Source: Myxococcota bacterium
GTDB taxonomy: Bacteria; Myxococcota_A; Polyangia; Nannocystales; Nannocystaceae
Length of the DNA: 64,000 nt
Assembly: GCA_039194325.1 (NCBI GenBank)
Contig: JBCCWC010000006.1
Coordinates: 64,001-128,000 of the forward strand
Direction of reading: 5' to 3'
The notes beneath the pieces were generated by a model. The model saw only the letters and a list, made by a program, of their open reading frames with translations. It was not told the DNA's origin and made no database searches. This document shows positions 39,424-48,494 of this stretch, one piece after another; the stretch's first letter is position 1, and every line of letters begins with the position of its first letter. The position numbers and the translations under genes are program-made.

Positions 39424-42400
39424 CTATTCGACACGGTGCGCGGCCAGCCAGGCCTCTATCTCGTCGACGTCAACGTTGGCATCGCCGGGTCCTTCAGCCG
39501 CCGCCAGCGCATCCCGGGCCTGCTCGGCCAGCGCACGGGCTCGCGCCCGCTCCGACCTCTCGCTCCACAGGGTCTGGGCGAGCACGAAGCGAGCCACAGC
39601 GAGCCACCCGGGTGCCACTGCGGCCGCATCACGAATCGAGACAGCACGTTCGGCATCGATACGGGCGGAGCTGGGATCCCCCCTCTCCAGCGCGACCGTG
39701 GCCAGCCCCAACAGCGAATTGGCCACTTCTGGATGCTCGGAGCCCAGTGCTTCTTCAAATATCCTCAGCGCTCGCTCATAGTGCTCCTTCGCAGCCTCGA
39801 ACTCCCCTTGGCGGACATAAACGTGCCCCAGGCTGTTCAGGGAATTAGCCACATAAAGATGCTCAACACCCACCGCCTCCTCGAATATCCTTAGCGCTCG
39901 TTCATGATACTTCTTGGCCTCCTCGTACTTCCCTTCGTGGCTACACAAAGTCCCCAGGTTATCCAGGCTATTGGCCACATAGAGATGCTCGTGACCCAGC
40001 GACTTCTTCCATATGAACAGCGCGCGCTCATGATGCTCTCTCGCCTCTCCGTACCTACCTTGGCGCATGTATATATTGCCCAAATTATTCAGGCTCGTGG
40101 CAACATCTGGATGCTCGTGACCCAGCGCCTTCTCCCTTGCCCCCAGCGCCCGCTGATGGTGTTCTTCTGCCTCCTTATACTCCCCTTGAAGGCCATACAC
40201 GATGCCTAGATTGCTCAGACTGTTGGCCACAGAGGGATGATCCGCCCCCAACGATCTCTCTTGCTTCTCTAGGGCTTGTCTATAATACGCTTTCGCCTTC
40301 TCGTACTTCCCTTGAAGATCGTACACGACCCCCAGGTTGTTCAGAGTAGAAGCCACGAGGGGATGGTCGGCACCCAGCGTCCTCTCCCATAGCTCTATCG
40401 CCCGCTCATAGTACGCCTTCGCTTCTTCATACTCCCCCCGACCGCCGTACACGCCCCCAAGATTATCCAGAGTAGCGGCTACGAGGGGATGCTCCGGCCC
40501 CAGCGCCTTCTCCCGTAGTTCCAGCGCTCGTTGATAGTATTCCTGGGCCTTCTCATGCTCTCCTTGGCTCAGGCATACAGATCCCAATATGCTCAGGCTC
40601 TCGGCCACTTCTGTCGGCTCGCCGCTGCCCTGGGCCAAGGGCAGGGCCTCCATCTCGCCCCACTGTCGGCCCTCGACGTACCGCGCGAGCCGAACGCCCA
40701 CCACGAAGGCCAGACTCTGCGCCGTGCCGAGCGTGATCTCGTCGTGGTGGTTCTCCAGCGCCAGTGCATGGGCTCGCCGCAGGTCCTGTTCGGATCCGGC
40801 GTATTGACCGTTGCGTTCTCGTAGATCTCCTTGTAAGTGCCGAACCTCGGCGAGCAGCGGCGAATACTCCAGCGCCTCAGCGTGTGGCCACATCGCCTCG
40901 ACCTTCTCAAGGGCCTCGGCGTAGCGGCCGGCCTTGTCCATCGCCTCGATGTCGGCCAAGCGCTCGCGCAACGCCTCGACCTCCGCGGCTAGATCGGGGT
41001 CCTCGGGCGGGGGGACGCGCTGGTCTTGCTGCTCCAGCCAGTCCAGGTCGTCGCAGCGGGTCAGCGCGGGCAAGCCAGCCACGAGCTTCACGGCGTTTTG
41101 CACCACCTTGGCATCGGCGTCGGCGAGGACATCGACCGACGCGCGGAGCGAGCTGCGGCGCCTGTCCAGGCACCGCATGCGCAGCCGCATGGCCTCGTCG
41201 GACTGCTCACCGCGCACGCTGGTGGCCTCACAGACCTCGGTGTGCTTGTCCGTCCAGGCGTCAGCGTAGGCGTCGAGCCGAAGGTCCACGCGCTCCCACG
41301 TCCCCGGGGCATAGGAGATCTCGGTGCCCAGGACGGCGGCCTCGGCCGCCTGCCGGCGCTCCTCGTCCCAGATGCCGTCCAGCTGGGCGCGAGCGCCGGT
41401 ACAGCGCTGCGCCATGTCAGCCTGGTAGGCCAACCCCGCGCCTACCAGCCCCAGCCCTACCGCGACCCCGGCCCCTAGCGCCAGCCATCGCCCCCGACGC
41501 GGAGCCACCAATCGTCGAAGCTGTCCGAGCAACACCTCCATCGAGGGCCACCGCTGCTCGGGCTCGACCGCCAACCCCCGCAGCAACACGGCACGCAGTC
41601 GGGCTGGCACGGGGCGACCCTTGGGGGCTGGCCGCACCTCGTTACTGGTTACCGCGGCCATCAGCGCCGCCACCGAGTTGCCTTCGAAGGGTCTCTCCCT
41701 GTACACGGCTTCATAAAGCGCCACGCAGAAGCTGAACTGATCGCTGCGGGCATCGACCGACCGGCCCAGCATCTGCTCGGCCGGCATATAGGCGGGCGTA
41801 CCCATCACGGCGCCGGTCTTGGTCAGCGCGACCTCCTGGGGCACCGACTCACGCCGGTCCGTACGTGCACGCTCCTCGGCCTCGCCTTGCCCGTCGTCGA
41901 TCGTCTCCACCTGACGAGCCAGCCCAAAATCGAGGACCCGAGCCCACCCTTGGTCGTCGAGCATCGCGTTGCCGGGCTTGAAATCGCGGTGGACGAACCC
42001 ACGAGCATGCGCCGCGGCCAGGCCCGCGCCCACTTGTAGGAACACCTCGACGCACTCGCGCCAGCTCGGCCGCGGCTGCTGACGCATCCATGCCCGCAGC
42101 GTCTGCCCCTGGACGAGCTCCATGGCCACGAAGGTCCGCCCGTCGACCTCGCCCACTTCGTACACCTGCACCACGTGCGGGTGCGACAGCTTGGCCATCG
42201 CCTGGGCCTCGCGCACCAGACGGGCGGTGTGCCGCTCGTCGATCTCCTTGTGCAATACCTTGAGCGCCACCCGGCGGTCCAGCGTGGGATCGAAGGCCTT
42301 GAACACCACGCCCATGCCCCCTTGCCCGAGGGTGCTCATGATCACGTAGCGACCCAAGGTGGATGGTGGGCTCGACGCTCCGAGCGACTCCGGCTTCCTC

Positions 42401-42588
42401 GCCTGCCGATCGGCGTGATCGGCCTGGCCACCGAGCGCGGCAGCCGGCCCCTCGGCCAAGGCAGTCGTCGCATTACCAATGCCACGCGCAGCACGATCAT
42501 CGGTCTGCTGCTCGACGGTGCCGACTTCGGACCCCGTCGTCGTCAATCCATCGGTGTCATTCCGACCCGTATATTCGCCTCCTTGCAT
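39424..42588 (-). CDS. Ser/Thr kinase with a TM helix and kinesin-light-chain-type TPR array
   Basis: LGQGGMG, HRDFKPGN, DFG and GTPAYM.AEQ, followed by about 6 tandem 42-aa A..L.NLG...ERAL...LG..HP repeats. Confidence 0.93.
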   Translation of the reverse strand: MQGGEYTGRNDTDGLTTTGSEVGTVEQQTDDRAARGIGNATTALAEGPAAALGGQADHADRQARKPESLGASSPPSTLGRYVIMSTLGQGGMGVVFKAFDPTLDRRVALKVLHKEIDERHTARLVREAQAMAKLSHPHVVQVYEVGEVDGRTFVAMELVQGQTLRAWMRQQPRPSWRECVEVFLQVGAGLAAAHARGFVHRDFKPGNAMLDDQGWARVLDFGLARQVETIDDGQGEAEERARTDRRESVPQEVALTKTGAVMGTPAYMPAEQMLGRSVDARSDQFSFCVALYEAVYRERPFEGNSVAALMAAVTSNEVRPAPKGRPVPARLRAVLLRGLAVEPEQRWPSMEVLLGQLRRLVAPRRGRWLALGAGVAVGLGLVGAGLAYQADMAQRCTGARAQLDGIWDEERRQAAEAAVLGTEISYAPGTWERVDLRLDAYADAWTDKHTEVCEATSVRGEQSDEAMRLRMRCLDRRRSSLRASVDVLADADAKVVQNAVKLVAGLPALTRCDDLDWLEQQDQRVPPPEDPDLAAEVEALRERLADIEAMDKAGRYAEALEKVEAMWPHAEALEYSPLLAEVRHLQGDLRERNGQYAGSEQDLRRAHALALENHHDEITLGTAQSLAFVVGVRLARYVEGRQWGEMEALPLAQGSGEPTEVAESLSILGSVCLSQGEHEKAQEYYQRALELREKALGPEHPLVAATLDNLGGVYGGRGEYEEAKAYYERAIELWERTLGADHPLVASTLNNLGVVYDLQGKYEKAKAYYRQALEKQERSLGADHPSVANSLSNLGIVYGLQGEYKEAEEHHQRALGAREKALGHEHPDVATSLNNLGNIYMRQGRYGEAREHHERALFIWKKSLGHEHLYVANSLDNLGTLCSHEGKYEEAKKYHERALRIFEEAVGVEHLYVANSLNSLGHVYVRQGEFEAAKEHYERALRIFEEALGSEHPEVANSLLGLATVALERGDPSSARIDAERAVSIRDAAAVAPGWLAVARFVLAQTLWSERSERARARALAEQARDALAAAEGPGDANVDVDEIEAWLAAHRVE

Positions 42589-42711
42589 GGACTCCCCGTA
42601 GGCTCTTTATACTGGCTTCCTTGCCGAGCCCAAGCACGCGACTCGCTTCGGTGGTATGATGGCTGCCCCGCCCGATAGCAATCGGTTGTGGCTTCAACAA
42701 CCCGTCTTGGC

Positions 42712-44271
42712 CTAGCACCCCACGACCTGCACCCGCCTGCCCCGGTGCTCCACGGGCCGCGTAAACAGCCGTTCGTCCCACGGTCGCGTCGAGCGAAGAT
42801 CGAAGAGCACCATCCAGCCCTCCGACAACCCCAGCCGCTCGAGATACCCGGTCACCTGGTCCAGCGCTCGCTGCTCGGTCGTCGTGTCCCGCCGCACCTT
42901 GACCTCGATGGCGTAGCGCTGCCCTCGCCACAGCACCAACAGGTCGAGCGCCCCGCGACCCAGCCCGTACTCACGCTCGATGCGGCCCCCCCCGTTGACC
43001 ACCCGCTGCAAGAACGCCATCAGCATCAGGTGCGGCCCGGCCTCACGGTAGCGAAAACCCTCCGCGGCCAGGTGTCCGTCCTCGCGCCAGAACACCTGCC
43101 AGTCTGCCATCAGCTTGGCCATGTCCAGTGACCCGTCGGATCGTACGTACCACGCCGGCTCGTTGGCGATCTGCAGCTGCCGGTGATGGGTGAGCGCGCG
43201 CGGGAGGACCTCGGCATAGATCGGATTGGCGATTTCGTAGCGCCCAGCCCGAGTGTGGAGCAATCCAAGCCCGACCACGTAGGCGAAGTCGTCATCGAGC
43301 ACATCGCCGTCCGTGGATCCCCCGGTGAGCATCGGCGCGAGGATCCGTCGCACCCGATCCTCTCGCAGCCGCGCCACCAACGAGTCGATGTGGGTACGCC
43401 GCTCGAGGATGATCGTCTCCTTGGCGGCCTCTACATGGGCCGCAGTGACCTCGACTTCACGGTTCGGCACATCCCGCCGCACGACCTGATCGGCCAGCGC
43501 ATTGGTCAGCCACGGGTGCCCCCGGCCCAGATCCCAGATCTTCGCCACCGCTTCGGGCAAGAACTGCTGCCCGGTGGCGACTTGATGCTGCGCCAAGAGC
43601 TCCCCCACCTCCGCCTCGGTGAAGGGACCCAGGGTCGTCGCCTCCGCGGTGATGTTGAACGGCGAGGTCGTCCCCAGCCACGCCAGCGTGCTGCGGTCCT
43701 CCTCCCGTAGCGCGTAGTCCCGCACTTGCCGCTGACCCACCAGCACCACGCTCGACGGAAATGGCAGCTCGGCCCGCGCGATGTAGCCCTGCCGCAGCTG
43801 CGTGAGCAACGAGACCATCGCTTCTCCCACCAGGCCGTCGACCTCGTCGAGCAAGAGCACCAGCGGGAGCTGCACCCGGGCCGCCAGATCCTGGAGATAT
43901 CGGCGGATACAACTCCTCGCGGGCTCGAGCGCACGAGCGGGACCCGAGGGCAAGGCCAAGCCCGGCAGATCGCGCGCGATCGCAAGATCGAGGTCGTCGA
44001 GCACCAGCGAAAATGCCTGGCCAGGGTCGGACACCTCGCGTGCGTCTTGGACGTCGACCCACACCGCGCGGAAGCGATCTCCCGCGTTGAAATGTTGCAC
44101 GAGCCACCGCGCACTGGTGGTCTTGCCCGTCTGCCGCCCCGCGTGCAGCGTGAAGTACCGTCGTGCCTCGATGAGCGCCAGCACGTCATCCAGACGCCGC
44201 CCCGGTGGCAACATGTAGTGCTCACCTGGAAGGCACGGGCCGGATGTATTGAAGAACGGGAGCACGGGCAC
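42712..44271 (-). CDS. AAA-like ATPase with a C-terminal PD-(D/E)xK nuclease-like domain
   Basis: FNTSGPC, Walker A HAGRQTGKTT, Walker B LLLDEVD and GHPWL. C-terminal REY..G.G.LDL...AIEVK. Confidence 0.82.
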   Translation of the reverse strand: MPVLPFFNTSGPCLPGEHYMLPPGRRLDDVLALIEARRYFTLHAGRQTGKTTSARWLVQHFNAGDRFRAVWVDVQDAREVSDPGQAFSLVLDDLDLAIARDLPGLALPSGPARALEPARSCIRRYLQDLAARVQLPLVLLLDEVDGLVGEAMVSLLTQLRQGYIARAELPFPSSVVLVGQRQVRDYALREEDRSTLAWLGTTSPFNITAEATTLGPFTEAEVGELLAQHQVATGQQFLPEAVAKIWDLGRGHPWLTNALADQVVRRDVPNREVEVTAAHVEAAKETIILERRTHIDSLVARLREDRVRRILAPMLTGGSTDGDVLDDDFAYVVGLGLLHTRAGRYEIANPIYAEVLPRALTHHRQLQIANEPAWYVRSDGSLDMAKLMADWQVFWREDGHLAAEGFRYREAGPHLMLMAFLQRVVNGGGRIEREYGLGRGALDLLVLWRGQRYAIEVKVRRDTTTEQRALDQVTGYLERLGLSEGWMVLFDLRSTRPWDERLFTRPVEHRGRRVQVVGC

Positions 44272-44328
44272 AGCGAGTCGCTGGGTGAAACCCAGCCGTT
44301 GCCTACCCTAGCACCGCCCGTGTGCTCA

Positions 44329-44366
44329 CGAACATGGTCCCGAACATGGTCACGAACATGGTCACG
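44329..44366. repeat. 12-bp tandem repeat CGAACATGGTC(C/A) x3
   Basis: Directly visible in the intergenic region. Confidence 0.85.
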
Positions 44367-44384
44367 CTCGCCCTAGATTCGGCC

Positions 44385-45497
44385 CTACGCCGCCCGAGCG
44401 ACCACCGGGGCCTCCGCCACCTGCACCGGCTCACGACCCATCCGCTTGAGCCACCGGTAGTGCGAGGCTAGCAGCGCCCACATCGAGCCCCCGACCTTGT
44501 ACTCCACCCCGTACTCCGCGCAGACCTCCCGCACGATGGGCGCCAGCGCCGGGTAGTGCACGTGGCTCACCCGCGGGAACAGGTGGTGGATCGCCTGGAA
44601 ATTCAGGCCGCCCACATACCAGCTCACCCAGCGATTGCTCGGGCAAAAGTCGATCGTAGTCGCCAGCTGCAGCCGGGCAAAATCCAGCTGTAGCTCCCCG
44701 TCGTTGGCCTCCGGATCGAAGAACTCGGCCTCCTCGACGCAGTGAGCCAGCTGGAAGACCAGCGAGAGGATCACCCCCGCCACGAACTGCGAGACGACAT
44801 AGAAGACCAGCGCCGGCAGCCAGCCCACGACCAGCACCGGCACGAGCAGCGCCCAGATCCCGTGGACGACCTTGAACCCCCAGAACACCCGGGCCTCTTC
44901 ACCCCGCGGGGGGGCAAGCGGCTGAGTCCCCAGCCGCCCCCGGGCGACCTGCTTGAAGTCGTCGATCAGCCACCACTTCATGGTGACGAACCCGTACAAG
45001 AAGAACATGTACAGGTGCTGAAATCGATGCGCGGCATGGTGCCGCTGCCCGGGAGCGAGGCGGGCCAGCGGCTCGAGGGCGATGTCGTCGTCGGCCCCCT
45101 CGATGTTGGGATAGGTGTGATGCACGTGGACGTGCTTGACCCGCCAGACGTAGGAGCTGGCCCCGAGCAAGTCGAGCACGCGCGCCGAGAGCTTGTTGCC
45201 GCGCGCGGTGGAGGCGTAGGCACCATGGCTGCCGTCGTGCATCACCGCCATGCCCAACCCCGCGATGGCGATGCCGGCGACGACCGCGGCCACCAGTACG
45301 CCCAGCCACCCTAGCCCATTGAGGAGGAACGCGAAGTAGCCGGCGAAGAGCACCGCGAAGAGCACCACGGTCTTGCGCACGATCGTGCGCCCCCCGTCGC
45401 GGCGTAGGCCCGTGCGCGCGAAGTACTCGTCGACGCGACGAACGAGCTGGCGATGGAAGTCACTACGGGGAACGAAGCTAATTCGAGTGTCGCGCAT
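44385..45497 (-). CDS. Membrane fatty acid (acyl-CoA) desaturase
   Basis: His boxes HDGSH, HVHVHH and QAIHH, with hydrophobic segments between them. Confidence 0.92.
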   Translation of the reverse strand: MRDTRISFVPRSDFHRQLVRRVDEYFARTGLRRDGGRTIVRKTVVLFAVLFAGYFAFLLNGLGWLGVLVAAVVAGIAIAGLGMAVMHDGSHGAYASTARGNKLSARVLDLLGASSYVWRVKHVHVHHTYPNIEGADDDIALEPLARLAPGQRHHAAHRFQHLYMFFLYGFVTMKWWLIDDFKQVARGRLGTQPLAPPRGEEARVFWGFKVVHGIWALLVPVLVVGWLPALVFYVVSQFVAGVILSLVFQLAHCVEEAEFFDPEANDGELQLDFARLQLATTIDFCPSNRWVSWYVGGLNFQAIHHLFPRVSHVHYPALAPIVREVCAEYGVEYKVGGSMWALLASHYRWLKRMGREPVQVAEAPVVARAA

Positions 45498-45622
45498 CGC
45501 CGATCGTGCTCGGCAGGACAGCACCCTCACCGCCATCGAGCAACGCCAGACCGGGGCTGCGACGGTTTTATGACCGTCGAGACCACGATCGACCCCCGCG
45601 GCGACACAACCACGACAATGCG

Positions 45623-48361
45623 ATGAACGCGCCGGAGCCGGAGCCCATGGTGAGCCCCTCCGAGGGTCGGAAACCACGGAGACACGGCAAGGAGGCGCTA
45701 CCCTACATGTGGCCCGTGGATCTCCAGCTTCGCATGGTGCAGGCGGCCGTCGAGGCCCAGCTCTTCGGCCAAACGACCCACCCCGTCCAGGTGGGACGCT
45801 ACGAGGTCAAGGGACCGATCGGCTCGGGCGGCATGGGCAGCATCGTCCGCGCGTACGAGCCCGACCTCCAGCGCGACGTTGCGCTCAAGCTGCTGCGAGC
45901 CGAACGCATGGGCGACGAGAGTACCCGCGCCCGGCTGGTGCAGGAGGCACGGGCGATGGCCCGCTTGGCGCATCCCAACGTGGCGGTGGTGTTCGAGGTG
46001 GGCGAGTCCGACGGACATGTGTTCGTGGCCATGGAGCTGATCGAGGGGCGCGACCTCCGAGCCTGGCAAGACGAACAACCGCGCGCGTGGCAAGCGGCGC
46101 TCGAGCTGTTCCTACAAGCAGGGCGAGGCCTGGCCGCCGCCCACGCCAAGGGGATCATCCATCGCGACTTCAAGCCCGAGAACGTGATGGTCGACACCGA
46201 GGGCCGCGCGCGGGTGGTGGACTTCGGACTCGCTCGCGAGCAAGCGGAGATCCCGACCCCCGATGAGGATCAGGAACACGAGCAGAGCAACGAGCAGGAT
46301 CTGCGGGCAAGACACGAACACCTGCGGGATACACTCCCGGCGGATCTGACCACCACGGGCACATTGCTGGGCACTCCGGCCTATATGTCGCCCGAGCAGT
46401 GGAAGGGGCAGCCGGTCGACGAGCGCAGCGATCAGTTCAGCTTCTGCGTGTCGGTGTGGGAAGCGCTGTGCGGCGAGCGGCCCTTCGCGAGCAAGACGAT
46501 GGGCGAGCTGATGGCGCTGGTGACCGCGGGCCAGCCCACCGAGGCCCGCAGTAGCCCAGCGCCGGGTCGGGTGATGCGAGCGCTGCGACGAGGGCTAGCG
46601 GCCGACCCGGCCGAGCGCTGGCCCGACATGGATAGCTTGCTCGCCGCCCTGCAGCCGCGCTCCCATCGGGGATGGTTGGCGGCGGGAGCGGTAGGGCTGA
46701 CAGCGGTCGTCGCCACGATCGCGCTGCGGCCGGGCGAGTCCCCCAGCGATGCCTGCCGCGAAGAGCAAGCCCGGTTGATCGACGTGTGGGACGCACCCAC
46801 TCGCGAGGCCGCCGCGCAGGGCATGCGCGCGACCGGACTGCCCTACGCCGACAAAGTGTGGGCGTCGACGGCCGAGCGCCTCGATCGATACGCGGACGAC
46901 TGGGTCGCTCGAGCCGAAGCCAGCTGCATGGGAGCCCAGGGCGAGACCGAGGCCGCCCGCACTCGATACGACCGACAGCAACGCTGCCTAGAGGAAGCCC
47001 GAGCGCGGCTCGATACCCTCGGTGATGCGCTGGCGGATCCCGACGAGGCCACGGTGATCGACGCCGCCCACGAAGCGACGCGGCTGCCCGACCCAGGCGC
47101 ATGCGCCGACGATCGCCACCTGGCGAGCTGGTCCAGCGAAGACACACCACAACGTCAGGCTCAGGTCGGCCGCGCCCGCGAAGCCCTGATCCGAGCACGT
47201 CGCTCGCTGGCCGTGCTCGACACCCGGGCCGGCGCCCTGTATTACGAGACCCAGCTCGAGCAGGCTCGCACGGCGGCCACCGAGGCCCGCGTGGCCGCCT
47301 CGGAGGCGGGGCACGCCTCGCTGGAGGCCGAGGCTGCGCTGGCGCAGGGGCGCGTGCTGCTCAAGTCCCGCGAGCTGCCGGCGGCCGAGCTAGCGCTGGC
47401 CGAGGCCATGCAGCGCGCGGAAGCCTCGGCGGATGCGCTCACCCGGATCCGCGCACGGATCTACCAGATCTACGTGCTCGGCACGGATCGCAATCGTACC
47501 GACGAGGCGACCAGCCTGGGCGAGCAATCGCGGGCCCAGCTCGACGGCCTGGGCCCGCGACCGCTGCTGCGCGCACGGCTCGAGAGCAACCTGGCCACGG
47601 CGGTCGCCCGCTCGCGCGAGCCCGACCACGACCGCGCCCTGAGCCTACATGGCCAGGCGATGGAGCGACTTCGTGAGCAGCTGGGCGATCACCACCCCGC
47701 CATGATCGCCGCGCGCCTCAACCTGGGCCGCGCTCTTTCCTACGCCCACCGCCTCGACGAGTCCGAGACCGAGCTGCGCACCGCCTTGGATGCGGCCCGG
47801 GTGGTGTGGGGCGAAGACCACCCCAACACGGCCCGCGTCTGGAGCTCGCTGGGGCTCACCCTGGGCATGCGAGGTGGCCGAGACGAACAGACCAAGGACG
47901 CGCTCATGCGCTCGCTCCAGGCCCGCGAGCGCAGCCTGGGAGCCGATCACCAGGAGGTCGCCGACGCGCTGTTCAACCTGGGCTCCATGCTGCGGCGCAC
48001 CGGTGCGCACGACGAGGCGGTGGTGCACCTGCGGCGCGGCCTGGCGATCCGCCGCGCGCTGAAGCACGGCCGCGAGAACAACCTGCTGCCCTGGCTCTAC
48101 GCGATCGGCGACAGCGAGACGAGCCGGGGCGAGCACGCGGCGGCCCGCGAGATCCTCCGCGAGGCGATGACCAACGCCGAGCGAGACGGCGCCTCCCCCC
48201 TCAACTTCGCCCGCGTGCGCTTTTCGCTGGCCAAGGCCACCGCCCCCGAAGATCCGGTCGCCGCCCGACTGATCGCCCAGGCCGCCCGAGACGACTTCAA
48301 CGCGGCTAACCGAGCCAAGAACGCCGCGCAGGTCGAGCAGTTCCTCGCCCAGCTGCCTTGA
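45623..48361 (+). CDS. Ser/Thr kinase with a TM helix and TPR repeats
   Basis: IGSGGMG, HRDFKPEN, DFG and GTPAYMSPEQ. Same architecture as 39424..42588. Confidence 0.93.
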   Translation: MNAPEPEPMVSPSEGRKPRRHGKEALPYMWPVDLQLRMVQAAVEAQLFGQTTHPVQVGRYEVKGPIGSGGMGSIVRAYEPDLQRDVALKLLRAERMGDESTRARLVQEARAMARLAHPNVAVVFEVGESDGHVFVAMELIEGRDLRAWQDEQPRAWQAALELFLQAGRGLAAAHAKGIIHRDFKPENVMVDTEGRARVVDFGLAREQAEIPTPDEDQEHEQSNEQDLRARHEHLRDTLPADLTTTGTLLGTPAYMSPEQWKGQPVDERSDQFSFCVSVWEALCGERPFASKTMGELMALVTAGQPTEARSSPAPGRVMRALRRGLAADPAERWPDMDSLLAALQPRSHRGWLAAGAVGLTAVVATIALRPGESPSDACREEQARLIDVWDAPTREAAAQGMRATGLPYADKVWASTAERLDRYADDWVARAEASCMGAQGETEAARTRYDRQQRCLEEARARLDTLGDALADPDEATVIDAAHEATRLPDPGACADDRHLASWSSEDTPQRQAQVGRAREALIRARRSLAVLDTRAGALYYETQLEQARTAATEARVAASEAGHASLEAEAALAQGRVLLKSRELPAAELALAEAMQRAEASADALTRIRARIYQIYVLGTDRNRTDEATSLGEQSRAQLDGLGPRPLLRARLESNLATAVARSREPDHDRALSLHGQAMERLREQLGDHHPAMIAARLNLGRALSYAHRLDESETELRTALDAARVVWGEDHPNTARVWSSLGLTLGMRGGRDEQTKDALMRSLQARERSLGADHQEVADALFNLGSMLRRTGAHDEAVVHLRRGLAIRRALKHGRENNLLPWLYAIGDSETSRGEHAAAREILREAMTNAERDGASPLNFARVRFSLAKATAPEDPVAARLIAQAARDDFNAANRAKNAAQVEQFLAQLP

Positions 48362-48494
48362 ACACACCGCCGAACCCGAGCGGCTTGTCGTGGTCGAGCC
48401 CCGGGCACCATCCTCCTGGCTTAGATGCCCGTCGCTCTGGAAAAGATGAAACCTCCGGGAACTTTGGCGACACCACGCTGTCCTGCGGCCCGTC

